NCBI GenBank assembly: GCA_043813805.1
Contig: JBDRKR010000025.1
Span: 1 to 62,277 of the forward strand
Reading direction: 5' to 3'
DNA length: 62,277 bases
Source of the DNA: Candidatus Nealsonbacteria bacterium
GTDB taxonomy: Bacteria; Patescibacteriota; Minisyncoccia; Minisyncoccales; MHMH01
Below the pieces are notes generated by a model. It did no database searches and had not been told where the DNA came from. It saw nothing but the letters and a program-made list of their open reading frames with translations. The translations under genes and the position numbers were made by a program. Shown here piece after piece: positions 61,558-62,277 of the stretch; position 1 is the stretch's first letter; each line of letters begins with the position of its first letter.

Positions 61558-62277
61558 TTATGCGCCGCGCTGTTCAGGCTGACCCCCTCGGATTTTATAA
61601 TATTTTGCTTTGTATTTTTCAATCGTTTTTTCCACCTCGTTGTGGGGAATTGAAACCCGCAAAAGATCGATGGCGTTGATGGTATCGTAAATATCCAATT
61701 TATTTTGCAGTTTGTAAATCGCGTCCCGCCATAAAATCGCTTTTTCGTATTCTCCCTTCTCCGCCGCTTCTTTTTCTGATCTTTTCATCATCTCCATGAA
61801 AGCGTAATAGACCCCCTTTTCCGCTCCGCCCCGGCCGATCGTCCTGTCTTTGAAGGGAATGCGCAAAATAGATTTTTGTTCTTTCATCATTTGCCGGATG
61901 CGGCCGGTTCTCTGCCAGTTAAAAGCCGTGGAAATAATCTTGGTATAAAAATCGCGGGCTCTCTCAATCTTGTCTTTGGCAATATCGGGAATCGCCAGCG
62001 TCGCCTCCAAAAGCCGCCAAGCGCCCACCTCAATCATTTCCAAGCTCCACCAGGGCTTGGCCGAAGCCCACCAAAAAGAATCGCTGGCCAGAGCCACATC
62101 AATTATATTTCTTAAAATAGGATAAGCGGGCGTATTAATCGGCACTTTATAAAACTCCTGCAAAACCATATTCAAAAAATCCCACTGGAATTTGTGAATC
62201 AGATTCTCGGGATCGTCCCAGGAAAGAAATTGAATATTATTTTTAATATCTTCAACGCTTGAAGCCCAGGTCGATTT
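61558..62277 (-). CDS. GH57-family glycoside hydrolase, C-terminal part (5' end outside the window)
   Basis: The reading frame stays open to the window edge. SDSFWWAS...PWW resembles the GH57 C-terminal region. Confidence 0.55.
   Translation of the reverse strand, partial: KSTWASSVEDIKNNIQFLSWDDPENLIHKFQWDFLNMVLQEFYKVPINTPAYPILRNIIDVALASDSFWWASAKPWWSLEMIEVGAWRLLEATLAIPDIAKDKIERARDFYTKIISTAFNWQRTGRIRQMMKEQKSILRIPFKDRTIGRGGAEKGVYYAFMEMMKRSEKEAAEKGEYEKAILWRDAIYKLQNKLDIYDTINAIDLLRVSIPHNEVEKTIEKYKAKYYKIRGGQPEQRGA

Overview
This is a 62.3-kb AT-rich chromosome segment with almost all genes on the minus strand. By gene content it most likely comes from a small-genome CPR/Patescibacteria-type bacterium. 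That placement is an inference from the missing L30 gene between rpsE and rplO, the shortened AlaRS, ProRS and RpoA, and the GH57 plus alpha-glucan phosphorylase pair. The backbone is housekeeping. It holds a tRNA cluster (Asp and two CAT tRNAs), gatCA, two mreB paralogs, proS, an rseP-like protease, frr, holB and murA. It also holds the complete str-S10-spc-alpha ribosomal cluster (rpsL to rplQ, then rplM and rpsI), alaS, mnmA, tpiA, rpmB and tRNA-Pro. The right end carries a CsoR-controlled copper operon with copA, a csp gene, engB, a Ca/Mg-type P-type ATPase and glycogen genes. Several accessory insertions interrupt this core. (1) A visibly GC-richer island at 21.8-24.4 kb has its own promoter, Shine-Dalgarno (SD) sites and terminator, and encodes an HTH-like protein plus an orphan J-domain protein. 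This is my best candidate for an undescribed system. (2) A DinD-like gene and a small ORF sit between rpsJ and rplC, and a solo Phd/YefM-like ORF sits between fusA and tuf. Both are associated with a short palindromic repeat family. (3) A block at 11.5-14.9 kb is bracketed by copies of a 27-nt palindromic terminator-like repeat. It contains a Zn-ribbon/TPR-like operon, a REP-flanked RAYT (IS200-like Y1 transposase) cassette with a 21-bp flanking duplication, a PEGA protein and an orphan Cas4-like nuclease. Other points worth a second look are an 18-nt duplicate of the tRNA-Asp 3' end attached to a GC-rich structured element, and short palindromic repeats embedded in frame in coding regions (RAYT, tpiA, proS). 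There are also near-leaderless promoter architectures and a contrast between SD-less core genes and SD-bearing accessory genes. No CRISPR array or rRNA is present. All calls come from reading the sequence and from motif recall. No database search was run.
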